A stretch of DNA of 64,000 bases from NCBI GenBank assembly GCA_035550055.1, contig DASZRO010000080.1, positions 8,937-72,936 on the forward strand. Direction: 5' to 3'. Position 1 is the stretch's first letter; each line of letters opens with the position of its first letter. The notes under the pieces were generated by a model. It was not told the DNA's origin. It searched no databases and worked only from the letters and a program-made list of their open reading frames with translations. Position numbers and translations under genes: made by a program. Source of the stretch: Mycobacteriales bacterium (GTDB lineage: Bacteria; Actinomycetota; Actinomycetes; JAFAQI01). Of the stretch, positions 36,189 to 43,739 are shown in pieces.

Positions 36189-36515
36189 ATGCCGCTGCGG
36201 TTCTGGACGAAAAAGCGCGAGCGTCAGTACCAGCACATCAAGGCGGGACTGCAGGAGCGCGGCCGCAGCGAGGACACCGCCGAGGAGATCGCGGCGCGCA
36301 CGGTCAACAAGGAGCGGGCGCGGGCCGGCGAGGCGAAGCAGGCCAGCCGTACCTCGACCGAGGACATCTCGTCAGGCCGGCGCGGCGGGCTGCGGTCGCA
36401 CTCCGGACCCGGCGGTCGCACCAAGGACCAGCTCTACGCCGAGGCGCAGCGCAAGCGGATCAAGGGCCGCTCGACGATGTCCAAGGCCCAGCTCGAGAAG
36501 GCCGTCGGCCGCTGA
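36189..36515 (+). CDS. small basic protein with Rho_N/HeH-like C-terminal motif
   Basis: ATG follows GAGGAGGAG. 108 aa, with C-terminus TKDQLYAEAQRKRIKGRSTMSKAQLEKAV. Confidence 0.7.
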   Translation: MPLRFWTKKRERQYQHIKAGLQERGRSEDTAEEIAARTVNKERARAGEAKQASRTSTEDISSGRRGGLRSHSGPGGRTKDQLYAEAQRKRIKGRSTMSKAQLEKAVGR

Positions 36516-36607
36516 CCCATTAGCCGCGCGGGGCGTGCGGCTGTGCCCATTCAGCCGCGCGGAGCGCGCGGCTGAGCCCATTCAGCCGCGCGGGGCGCGC
36601 GTCTCTG
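36516..36607. repeat. three tandem ~30-nt hairpin-forming repeats
   Basis: The units are cccattagccgcgcggggcgtgcggctgtg, cccattcagccgcgcggagcgcgcggctgag and cccattcagccgcgcggggcgcgcgtctctg. Unit 2 contains a perfect 10-bp stem cagccgcgcg/cgcgcggctg. Unit 3 is degenerate and supplies the stop codon of the minus-strand gene. Confidence 0.75.
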
Positions 36608-36911
36608 GCACCCGCGGCATCCGCGGGCGGATCAGCTTGTCGAGGAACGAGGACAGGCCGCCGTCCTGCGCTGCGCCCTTGAGGGCGTTGAGGGCGGCGA
36701 GTCGCTCGGCCTGCTCCTCGCGAGCCGCGTTGAGCTTCGTCACCAGGTCGTCGATCTGGCCGCTGAGCGTGGTCACCGCCTTGACCTCGCCCTCCACTGC
36801 TCCGAGCAGCGCCTTGAGGCCGCCCGCGAGATCAGTGACGCCAGCGGACGCCGACGAGGCGGGCCGGGCCGCGGGACGTGCCGCGGTCTTCTTCGCCGGG
36901 GTACGCGCCAT
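36582..36911 (-). CDS. hypothetical basic-tailed coiled-coil protein
   Basis: ATG at 36911 follows AGGAG. 109 aa with N-terminus MARTPAKKTAARPAARPA followed by a helical heptad-like region. Confidence 0.55.
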   Translation of the reverse strand: MARTPAKKTAARPAARPASSASAGVTDLAGGLKALLGAVEGEVKAVTTLSGQIDDLVTKLNAAREEQAERLAALNALKGAAQDGGLSSFLDKLIRPRMPRVPETRAPRG

Positions 36912-37020
36912 GTCAGAACTCCTGATGTTGGTGTTACGCGTGTGATCTGCGTGAACACGGTACGCAATCGGCGTCGAGTTGACCAGAGCGGCGTCGGAAT
37001 CGGCCGGTAGAACGGTCTGC

Positions 37021-37710
37021 ATGTGCGGTCGCTACGCGAGCACCCGGCGTGACGGTGACCTGCTGCGCGACTTCCAGGTCGCCTCCGTCGTCGACGACCC
37101 CCCGGAGCCCTCCTGGAACGTCGCCCCGACCGACTCCTCACGGGTCGTCCTCGAACGCATCGTGACCGACCAGCCGGACCGTCAGCTGCGGACACTGACC
37201 TGGGGCCTGGTGCCGTCGTGGGCGAAGGATCCCAAGCTGGGCGCGAAGCTGATCAACGCTCGCTCGGAGACCGTCACGACGAAGCCGGCGTTCAAAGCGG
37301 CCGCCTCCCGGCGCCGTTGCCTGGTACCCGCCGACGGCTACTACGAGTGGATGGTCGCCGACGACGGCAAGCACCCGATCTACCTGTACGGCGACGGCCC
37401 GCTGGCGTTCGCCGGCCTCTACGAGCTGCGACCCGTGGACGAGAGCCGACAACAGTGGCTGTGGACGTACTCGATCCTCACCTGCACCGCCACCGACGAG
37501 GTCGGGCACATCCACGACCGCTCCCCCGTCGTCGTCCCTGCCGACCTCCGCGACGCGTGGCTGGATCCGACGATGACCGACCTCGCCCAGGTTCGTGAGC
37601 TGGTCGCGGCGATCCCACCGCCACGGCTGCACACCTACGAGGTCGCGCCGCTGGTGAACTCGGTCCGCAACAACGGCCCGGAGCTCGTCGAACCGATCGA
37701 GCGCGCCTAG
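37021..37710 (+). CDS. SOS response-associated peptidase (SRAP/YedK family)
   Basis: Starts MCGRYA, with the catalytic Cys2. Also carries WNVAPT and PADGYYEW motifs. Confidence 0.85.
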   Translation: MCGRYASTRRDGDLLRDFQVASVVDDPPEPSWNVAPTDSSRVVLERIVTDQPDRQLRTLTWGLVPSWAKDPKLGAKLINARSETVTTKPAFKAAASRRRCLVPADGYYEWMVADDGKHPIYLYGDGPLAFAGLYELRPVDESRQQWLWTYSILTCTATDEVGHIHDRSPVVVPADLRDAWLDPTMTDLAQVRELVAAIPPPRLHTYEVAPLVNSVRNNGPELVEPIERA

Positions 37711-37711
37711 C

Positions 37712-39487
37712 TCAGGCCGGCTTCGCGACTGCAGCGGGCGGGTCGTCGCGCATGCCCGCGAGCGAATCGGACTCGAGCATCGCGGTGATCTGCTCGGCGG
37801 GCCGCGGCACGGCGAAGCGGAAGCCCTGCCCGAACCGGCAGCCGAGCGCCCGCAGCGTACGCAGCTGCTCGGTGGACTCGATGCCTTCGGCGACCGTCTC
37901 CAGGTCGAACGCGCTGGCCAGCTCGAGGATCGAGCGGACCAGGACCGCGGCACGCGGCCGGCCACCGAGAGAGCCGACGAAGCTGCGGTCGATCTTGAGG
38001 ATGTCGACCGGATAGCGGTCGAGGTAGGCGAACGAGGAGTAGCCGGTGCCGAAGTCGTCAACGGCGACGCGTACGCCGACCGAGCGCAACGCTGCGAGCC
38101 GCGACCGAGCGAGCTCGGCGTCCTTGAGCAACAGGTTCTCGGTGATCTCGACGATCAGCGAGTCCGGCGGCAGGTCGGCGTCCTGCAGGATCGCCACGAC
38201 GATGGCGACCAGGTCCGGGTCGTGCAGCTGGCTGGGCGAGAGGTTGGCGGAGACCGAGAACGGCCGGTCGAGCGCCTGCTGCCACACGGCGGCGTCGCGT
38301 GCCGCCTGCTCGAGCACCCAACGCCCGAGCGGCAGGATCAAGCCGGTGTCCTCGGCGATGTCGACGAACGCGGTCGGCAGCAGCAGTCCGCGGTCGGGAT
38401 GGCGCCAGCGCAGCAACGCCTCCGCCCCGACCACCTCGAGGGTGTCGAGGTCGACCAGTGGCTGGTAGTGCAGCGCGAAGTCGCCGTTGTCGACGCTGCG
38501 ACGCAGCTCGGTCTCGAGCCGGAGCCGACGGGCGACCCGAGCCTGCATCGCCGGTTCGAAGCTGACGATGCGGTTCTTGCCGTCGGCCTTCGCGCGATAC
38601 ATCGCGACGTCGGCGTCACGCATCAAGTCGAGTGCCCCGCGGGCATCCGCGGCGTGCATCAGGCCGATGCTCGCGCCGAGGGAGATCGTGCCGCGGGAGA
38701 ACGCGAACGGCGCGTTGACCGCGATGAGCAGCCGTTGCGCGGCGGCGAGCGCCTGATGGTGGTCGACGCGCTCGAGCAGGACCGCGAACTCGTCGCCACC
38801 GAGCCGCGCGACGAGGTCGCTGGGCCGCAACGAGGCCCGCAGTCGCCTGGCGACCATCATCAGCAGCTCGTCGCCGATGGCGTGCCCGTAGGTGTCGTTG
38901 ACCGCCTTGAAGCCGTCGAGATCGAGCATGAGCAACGCGATGCCCGCCGAGCTGGTCTCGAGCGCCTCGACCCCGAGCTCGATGCGCTCCGCGAGCGAGA
39001 GCCGGTTGGCGAGCCCGGTCAGCGGGTCGGTGTGCGCGAGTCGGCGCATCCCGAGCTCGGCCTGCTTTCGGCTGGTGATGTCGGTGACGACGCCGTCGAT
39101 GATCCGCCGACCGTCCGCGGTCTGCTCGCGCAGCCACATCTGGTCTTGCACCCAGCGGGTTGCGCCGTCGAGCCCGATCATCCGGTACTCGACCTGCATC
39201 ACCCCCGACCCGTCGAGCATCGCCGCGTCGAGGTAGGCGTCGCGGTCGTCCGGATGCACTGCGCGGGCCCACGCCGCGCTCAGGTCGGCGTCGTGGCCCG
39301 GGTTGCCGCCGAGGAAGTTCTCGATCCCCGGCCCGGTGTAGATCTCCTTGTACCCGCCGTCGGGCAGGACCTCACCGCTGTAGATGTGGCAGCCGACGCG
39401 GGTGAGCAGCTCGATGAACATCTCGTGCGTCGGCGCGAGGTCCGGCGCGACGCCGTCCTCGTCACCCGGCACCGATGCACCACGCAC
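37712..39487 (-). CDS. PAS-GGDEF-EAL signalling protein (canonical motifs)
   Basis: Start placed at GTG 39487, 11 nt after GGAG. The track ORF upstream of this has poor third-position GC. It has a PAS region, I-site RPSD + LGGDEFAVLL, and EAL motifs EALLRW, EITEN, DDFGTGYSS and AEGIE. Confidence 0.8.
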   Translation of the reverse strand: MRGASVPGDEDGVAPDLAPTHEMFIELLTRVGCHIYSGEVLPDGGYKEIYTGPGIENFLGGNPGHDADLSAAWARAVHPDDRDAYLDAAMLDGSGVMQVEYRMIGLDGATRWVQDQMWLREQTADGRRIIDGVVTDITSRKQAELGMRRLAHTDPLTGLANRLSLAERIELGVEALETSSAGIALLMLDLDGFKAVNDTYGHAIGDELLMMVARRLRASLRPSDLVARLGGDEFAVLLERVDHHQALAAAQRLLIAVNAPFAFSRGTISLGASIGLMHAADARGALDLMRDADVAMYRAKADGKNRIVSFEPAMQARVARRLRLETELRRSVDNGDFALHYQPLVDLDTLEVVGAEALLRWRHPDRGLLLPTAFVDIAEDTGLILPLGRWVLEQAARDAAVWQQALDRPFSVSANLSPSQLHDPDLVAIVVAILQDADLPPDSLIVEITENLLLKDAELARSRLAALRSVGVRVAVDDFGTGYSSFAYLDRYPVDILKIDRSFVGSLGGRPRAAVLVRSILELASAFDLETVAEGIESTEQLRTLRALGCRFGQGFRFAVPRPAEQITAMLESDSLAGMRDDPPAAVAKPA

Positions 39488-39534
39488 GCCAGAAGTGTCT
39501 CCTATTTGCCGTCGGCGGGGGCCAAAAGTTGGCG

Positions 39535-39723
39535 CTACCGCGAACGGGGTTCGTTCGGGGCGGTCAGCCATGTCGCGAGCGCGAGGGCGATCGTGGCGTG
39601 CACCTGCGCCGAGGCCAGACTGTTCGCCTTGTCAGGACCCTGCTGGCTCGACGCGACGTTGACCTGGGTGCGAGCACGGTCGAGGTGGAAGGCGAAGTTC
39701 TCGGAGCTGAACGGCAAAGGCAT
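39535..39723 (-). CDS. possible small protein (62 aa) directly downstream of rnpB
   Basis: ATG at 39723. By my count 53 of 62 codons end in G/C. There is no Shine-Dalgarno (upstream is cctctattttcttcgc) and no family recognised. Confidence 0.4.
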   Translation of the reverse strand: MPLPFSSENFAFHLDRARTQVNVASSQQGPDKANSLASAQVHATIALALATWLTAPNEPRSR

Positions 39724-39765
39724 GCGAAGAAAATAGAGGCACACCCAACGGCTGCGCGAGGGAGG

Positions 39766-40144
39766 GCGGACGAGTCGGTCTGTAGGCCGGGTTCTGTGAC
39801 TCGGAGCGAACCCCGAGCCGACGGTCATCTATCTCGGATCGCCGTTGCCGACGACCTCTAGCGGTCTACCCGGAAGCTCGGGCGGGCCGCCCTCGAGCGC
39901 TTCCTGTCTGACCTTGCTCCGGGTGGGGTTTGCCGAGCCGGCCGAGTCACCTCGGTCGCTGGTGGGCTCTTACTCCACCGTTTCACCCTTGCCGTGCGGC
40001 CGAAGCCGTACGGCGGTCTGTTCTCTGTGGCACTTTCCCGCGGGTCGCCCCGGGTCGGTGTTACCGACCACCCTGCCCTTCGGAGCCCGGACCTTCCTCG
40101 GCGGCACCGAAGTGCCGACGCGACCGTCCGACCGACTCGTCCGC
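39766..40144 (-). ncRNA. rnpB: RNase P RNA (bacterial type A)
   Basis: The reverse complement contains GAGGAAGGTCCGGGCTCC, GGTAACACC, GGGAAAGTGCCACAGAGAACAGACCGCC, GGTGAAACGGTGGAGTAAGAGCCCACCAG, GGCAAACCCCACCCGGAGCAAGG, AGATAGATGACCGTC and ACAGAACCCGGCCTACAG. The P1 pairing is GCGGACGAGTCGGTC / GACCGACTCGTCCGC. Confidence 0.92.
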
Positions 40145-40207
40145 GGCCAAAGCGTACTGATATGCAATGACGAGACGAAAGGCTCACGGCGTAGAAGGGA
40201 AGCCCCC

Positions 40208-40690
40208 GTGGCAATCGAGGTCGGAAGCAAGATCCCGGACGTCGCCGTCAAGGTGATGCGCGACGGCAAGCCGGAAGAGGTGCGCACGGGCGACGTGCTC
40301 GGTAGCGGCAAGGTCGTGCTCTTCGCGGTGCCCGGCGCGTTCACCCCCGGCTGCTCGAAGATCCACCTCCCCGGCTACGTGCAGCACGGCGACGAGCTGA
40401 AGGCCAAGGGCATCGACACGATCGCGTGCATCTCGATCAACGACGCCTGGGTGATGGATGCCTGGGGCGAGTCGCAGGGCGTCGGCGACAGCATCCTGAT
40501 GCTGGCCGACGGCAACGGCGAGTTCACCAAGGCGATGGGCCTCGAGGCCGACCTCGCGGTCGCGGGGCTCGGCACCCGTTCGCAGCGCTACGCCGCGGTC
40601 ATCGAAGACGGCACCGTCACCGAGCTCGAGGTCGAGCCGGCGCCGGGCGTCGACGTCAGCAGCTGCGAGAACATCCTCACGAAGGTCTGA
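40208..40690 (+). CDS. peroxiredoxin (Prx5-like subfamily)
   Basis: GTG follows GAAGGGAAG. Motif LFAVPGAFTPGCS with the peroxidatic Cys. 160 aa. Confidence 0.85.
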   Translation: MAIEVGSKIPDVAVKVMRDGKPEEVRTGDVLGSGKVVLFAVPGAFTPGCSKIHLPGYVQHGDELKAKGIDTIACISINDAWVMDAWGESQGVGDSILMLADGNGEFTKAMGLEADLAVAGLGTRSQRYAAVIEDGTVTELEVEPAPGVDVSSCENILTKV

Positions 40691-41577
40691 TGTCCTTCGA
40701 GACCTTGCTGTACGGCGTGGCCGACCGGGTCGCCACGATCACGCTGAACCGGCCGGAACGGCTCAACACGATCGTCCCACCGATGCCGGAGGAGTTCGAA
40801 GCCGCGGTGGCCGACGCCGTGGCCGACGCGGCCGTGAAGGTCATCGTCGTACGCGGCGCGGGACGCTCCTTCTGCGCGGGGTACGACTTCGGCGACGGGT
40901 TCCACCACTGGGACGACCGCATCACGACCGACGGCAAGTGGGATCCGGGCAAGGATTTCCAGCTCGCCGGCGCGTACGGGCCGACGCAGCGCTTCATGTC
41001 GATGTGGCGCTCCCCCAAGCCGGTGATCGCGCAGGTGCACGGGTGGTGTGTCGGCGGTGGCAGCGACACCGCGCTGTGCGCCGACATCGTGATCGCCTCC
41101 GACGACGCCCGGATCGGGACGCCGTACTCGCGCATGTGGGGCTGCTACCTGTCCGCGATGTGGGTCTACCGGCTGGGGCTGGCCAAGGCTAAGGAGTACG
41201 CCCTGACCGGCAAACCGCTGTCCGGCGTCGAGGCCGCGCAGGTCGGGCTGATCAACCGCTCGGTGCCGTTCGCCGAGCTGGAGCGAACCGTCGCCGAGAC
41301 CGCCGCGCAGCTCGCTTCGATCCCGTCCTCACAGCTGGCTGCGATGAAGCTCGTCGTGAACCACGCCTACGAGCAAATGGGCCTGTCGGCCACGCAGACC
41401 CTCGGTCCGATCCTCGACGGGCTGATGCGCAACACCCCGGACGCCGCGGCGTTCATCGACACCGCCGAGCGCGACGGCGTCGCGGCCGCTACCCGTCAGC
41501 GCGACGAGCTCTTCGGCGACTACAGCCAGGCGCCGGGCACCGAGAAGCCAGACCCGAACCACGTCATCACCCCATAA
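40690..41577 (+). CDS. enoyl-CoA hydratase/isomerase (crotonase) family protein
   Basis: ATG overlaps the peroxiredoxin stop (TGATG). Motifs ITLNRPERLN, RGAGRSFCAGYD and GWCVGGG. Confidence 0.85.
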   Translation: MSFETLLYGVADRVATITLNRPERLNTIVPPMPEEFEAAVADAVADAAVKVIVVRGAGRSFCAGYDFGDGFHHWDDRITTDGKWDPGKDFQLAGAYGPTQRFMSMWRSPKPVIAQVHGWCVGGGSDTALCADIVIASDDARIGTPYSRMWGCYLSAMWVYRLGLAKAKEYALTGKPLSGVEAAQVGLINRSVPFAELERTVAETAAQLASIPSSQLAAMKLVVNHAYEQMGLSATQTLGPILDGLMRNTPDAAAFIDTAERDGVAAATRQRDELFGDYSQAPGTEKPDPNHVITP

Positions 41578-42703
41578 CCGCCGGCGATCTCACGACCGGT
41601 ACGACAGCGGCGACCGCAACCGCGGCGACGATGAGCGCGCTCTGCGGCGATGACAGCCGGGCGACCAGGCCCACCGCCGGGCCGCCGAGCCCGACACCGG
41701 CGTCGAACCACGCGAAGAACGCACCCGACGCCGCGCCTCGCTCCTTCGCCGGTACGTTCGCGACGGCGAGCACCCCGAGTGAGGGGACGGCAAGACCCTG
41801 CCCCACGGAGAGCACGACCAGGGCCCCGACGCTGAGCGACGACGACGTGGCGACCGCGAACAACGCCAGCCCCGCGGCCTCGACGATCGCCGCGACCGCG
41901 AGCACCCGCGCGGCCCCCAGCCGGTCCGGAAGCGAGCCGAGAGCAACCCGGCTGACGATCACACCGGAAGCGAAGACCGGCACGATCAGCGCGGCCGTCC
42001 GCAGTCCGTGACTGGCGACAACGGCCGCGCCGAAGGACAGCACCGCGACGTAGCCGATGTTCACGAGGAGCAGGCCGACGCCGGGCCTGCCGGTACGCCG
42101 CACCATCTTCGCGATCGACACCTGCTCGTGCCGCGCAGTGGTCGGCTCCGGCGCGTTGGTGGCTGTCATCGCCGCAGCAGCGCCGAGCAGCGGCAGCGCC
42201 ATCGCCGTGACCCAGAGCCGGCCGGTGTGGTGAATGCCAATCAGCTCGACCAGCAGCGGCCCGACGGTCAGCCCGGCGTAGTTCGCCAGGCCGATGTGGC
42301 CGAGGGTGCGACCCTGATGGACCTCACCGGCGATGCGCAACAGCCACAGCACAGTCGCGCTCATCATCACGGCTTCACCGGCACCGACGACGAGCCGGCT
42401 GACGACCAGCGCCCACAGCGAGACCCGCCACGCCGGGAGGACGCCGACGGCCATGGCAACGGCTCCGGCGACGACCATCGGCCGCGCACCGAGCCGATCC
42501 GACCATCGGCCGCCGAGCGGGCGCAGCACCGCACCGGTGATCGAGGGTGCTCCCACCGCAAGCCCCACCGCGACGGCGCCGCCGCCGAGCCCGGTCTCGA
42601 CGTACGTCGGCACCGCGCGCAGGACCGCTCCGAGTGCGGCGTAACAGGTGACGGAGGCGCCGAGCACCAACAGGTAGCCGCGCCAACGTCTCAGAAAGGC
42701 CAT
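41567..42703 (-). CDS. MFS transporter
   Basis: ATG at 42703 gives 378 aa. It has about 12 hydrophobic segments and the motif GGRWSDRLGARP. Confidence 0.8.
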   Translation of the reverse strand: MAFLRRWRGYLLVLGASVTCYAALGAVLRAVPTYVETGLGGGAVAVGLAVGAPSITGAVLRPLGGRWSDRLGARPMVVAGAVAMAVGVLPAWRVSLWALVVSRLVVGAGEAVMMSATVLWLLRIAGEVHQGRTLGHIGLANYAGLTVGPLLVELIGIHHTGRLWVTAMALPLLGAAAAMTATNAPEPTTARHEQVSIAKMVRRTGRPGVGLLLVNIGYVAVLSFGAAVVASHGLRTAALIVPVFASGVIVSRVALGSLPDRLGAARVLAVAAIVEAAGLALFAVATSSSLSVGALVVLSVGQGLAVPSLGVLAVANVPAKERGAASGAFFAWFDAGVGLGGPAVGLVARLSSPQSALIVAAVAVAAVVPVVRSPAVMG

Positions 42704-42722
42704 CTGTCCAGGCCTACCCGCA

Positions 42723-42750
42723 CCTCGCTTCGACCACCGTCGAAGCGAGG
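42723..42750. promoter_or_regulatory. perfect 12-bp inverted repeat (candidate operator)
   Basis: cctcgcttcgac-cacc-gtcgaagcgagg, centred in the 65-nt divergent region between the MFS and ArsR-type genes. Confidence 0.4.
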
Positions 42751-42768
42751 CGGGCATAGCGTCGACAC

Positions 42769-43482
42769 GTGTCCGCCCTCGCCGCCGAACCCACGCCGAT
42801 CCCCGGCGACATCGACCTGTCCGCGGTCGGCGCGCTGCTCGCCGACGCCTCCCGCGCGCGGGTCCTGCTCGCCCTCGGTGACGGCCGGTCGCTGTGCGCC
42901 TCCATGCTCGCCGGCGAGGCGGGAGTGTCGGCGTCGACTATCAGCAGCCACCTGTCGAAGCTGATCGACGCCGGGTGGCTGAGCTGCGAAATCCGTGGCC
43001 GCTACCGCTACTACCGCATCGCCGGGCCGGCCGTCGCCGAGGCGATCGAGACGCTGGCCCGCCTCGCGCCGCCCGCTCCGGTGCGCTCCCTGCGGGAAGG
43101 CACCAAGGCGCACGCCGTACGCCGGGCCCGGCGCTGCTACGACCATCTCGCCGGCAAGGTCGGCGTCGCACTGGCCGACCGGCTCGTCGCTTGCGGCTAC
43201 GCCGTGCCGGACGACGACGGGCTCACCCTGACCGTCTCGGGTCGCCGCGCCTTCGCGGGGCTCGCCGTCGAGCTACCGGCGAGCGACCACATGCGCGGAT
43301 GCGTCGACTGGACCGAGCAACGTCACCACGTGGGCGGCGCGCACGGTCGCGCGATCCTGGCCCGGCTGGTCGATCTCGGCTGGCTGCGCCGCTCACCGTC
43401 GAACCGGGCGATGCAGATCACCGACGCCGGCAGCCGGGGCCTTCGCGACCACTTCGGCGTGGACGTCACGGCCTTCGGCTGA
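42769..43482 (+). CDS. ArsR-family winged-helix transcriptional regulator with C-terminal extension
   Basis: GTG start. HTH region ARVLLAL..SLCASMLAGEAGVSASTISSHLSKLIDAGWL. 237 aa. Confidence 0.8.
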   Translation: MSALAAEPTPIPGDIDLSAVGALLADASRARVLLALGDGRSLCASMLAGEAGVSASTISSHLSKLIDAGWLSCEIRGRYRYYRIAGPAVAEAIETLARLAPPAPVRSLREGTKAHAVRRARRCYDHLAGKVGVALADRLVACGYAVPDDDGLTLTVSGRRAFAGLAVELPASDHMRGCVDWTEQRHHVGGAHGRAILARLVDLGWLRRSPSNRAMQITDAGSRGLRDHFGVDVTAFG

Positions 43483-43728
43483 GTTCCGCCGGTTGCGCAG
43501 CGACGAGAAGGTGCGGTGCGCCAGCACGAGCCAGCAGACGACGGCGACGCAACTCAGCGCGGCGGGGATCCAGTGCCCCAGGAGCAGCGACGCCGCGATC
43601 GCGCAGCTGAACGCGGTGAGGTTCGCCACCACGTCATAGACCGGGGCGACGAAGGGCCGGTTGATGACGTGCGAGATCGCGATGATGACTCCGCAGGCGA
43701 ACGTCACCGAGAGCAGGAACGAGACCAC
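43393..43728 (-). CDS. small membrane protein (3 TM)
   Basis: GTG lies 11 nt after the stop of the RNaseH/phosphatase gene. Third-position GC is strong. The last 90 nt overlap the ArsR gene 3' end. Confidence 0.5.
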   Translation of the reverse strand: MVSFLLSVTFACGVIIAISHVINRPFVAPVYDVVANLTAFSCAIAASLLLGHWIPAALSCVAVVCWLVLAHRTFSSLRNRRNSAEGRDVHAEVVAKAPAAGVGDLHRPVRR

Positions 43729-43739
43729 AACAGGTCTCT

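Noticed and set aside
36516-36607. Possible CRISPR array.
   Set aside because: It has only three directly abutting units with no spacers, and no cas genes are present. It is better described as tandem hairpin repeats.
36953-36963. LexA/SOS-box-like GAAC-N4-GTAC in the divergent region between the coiled-coil gene and the SRAP peptidase gene.
   Set aside because: Only one half-site matches the actinobacterial GAAC-N4-GTTC consensus. I also found no convincing PafBC/RecA-NDp-type motif.
39845-40207. 5' part of the 281-aa plus-strand ORF, and other ORFs at 39858-40344.
   Set aside because: They overlap the RNase P RNA gene. Only the last 160 codons (from GTG 40208) form the peroxiredoxin.
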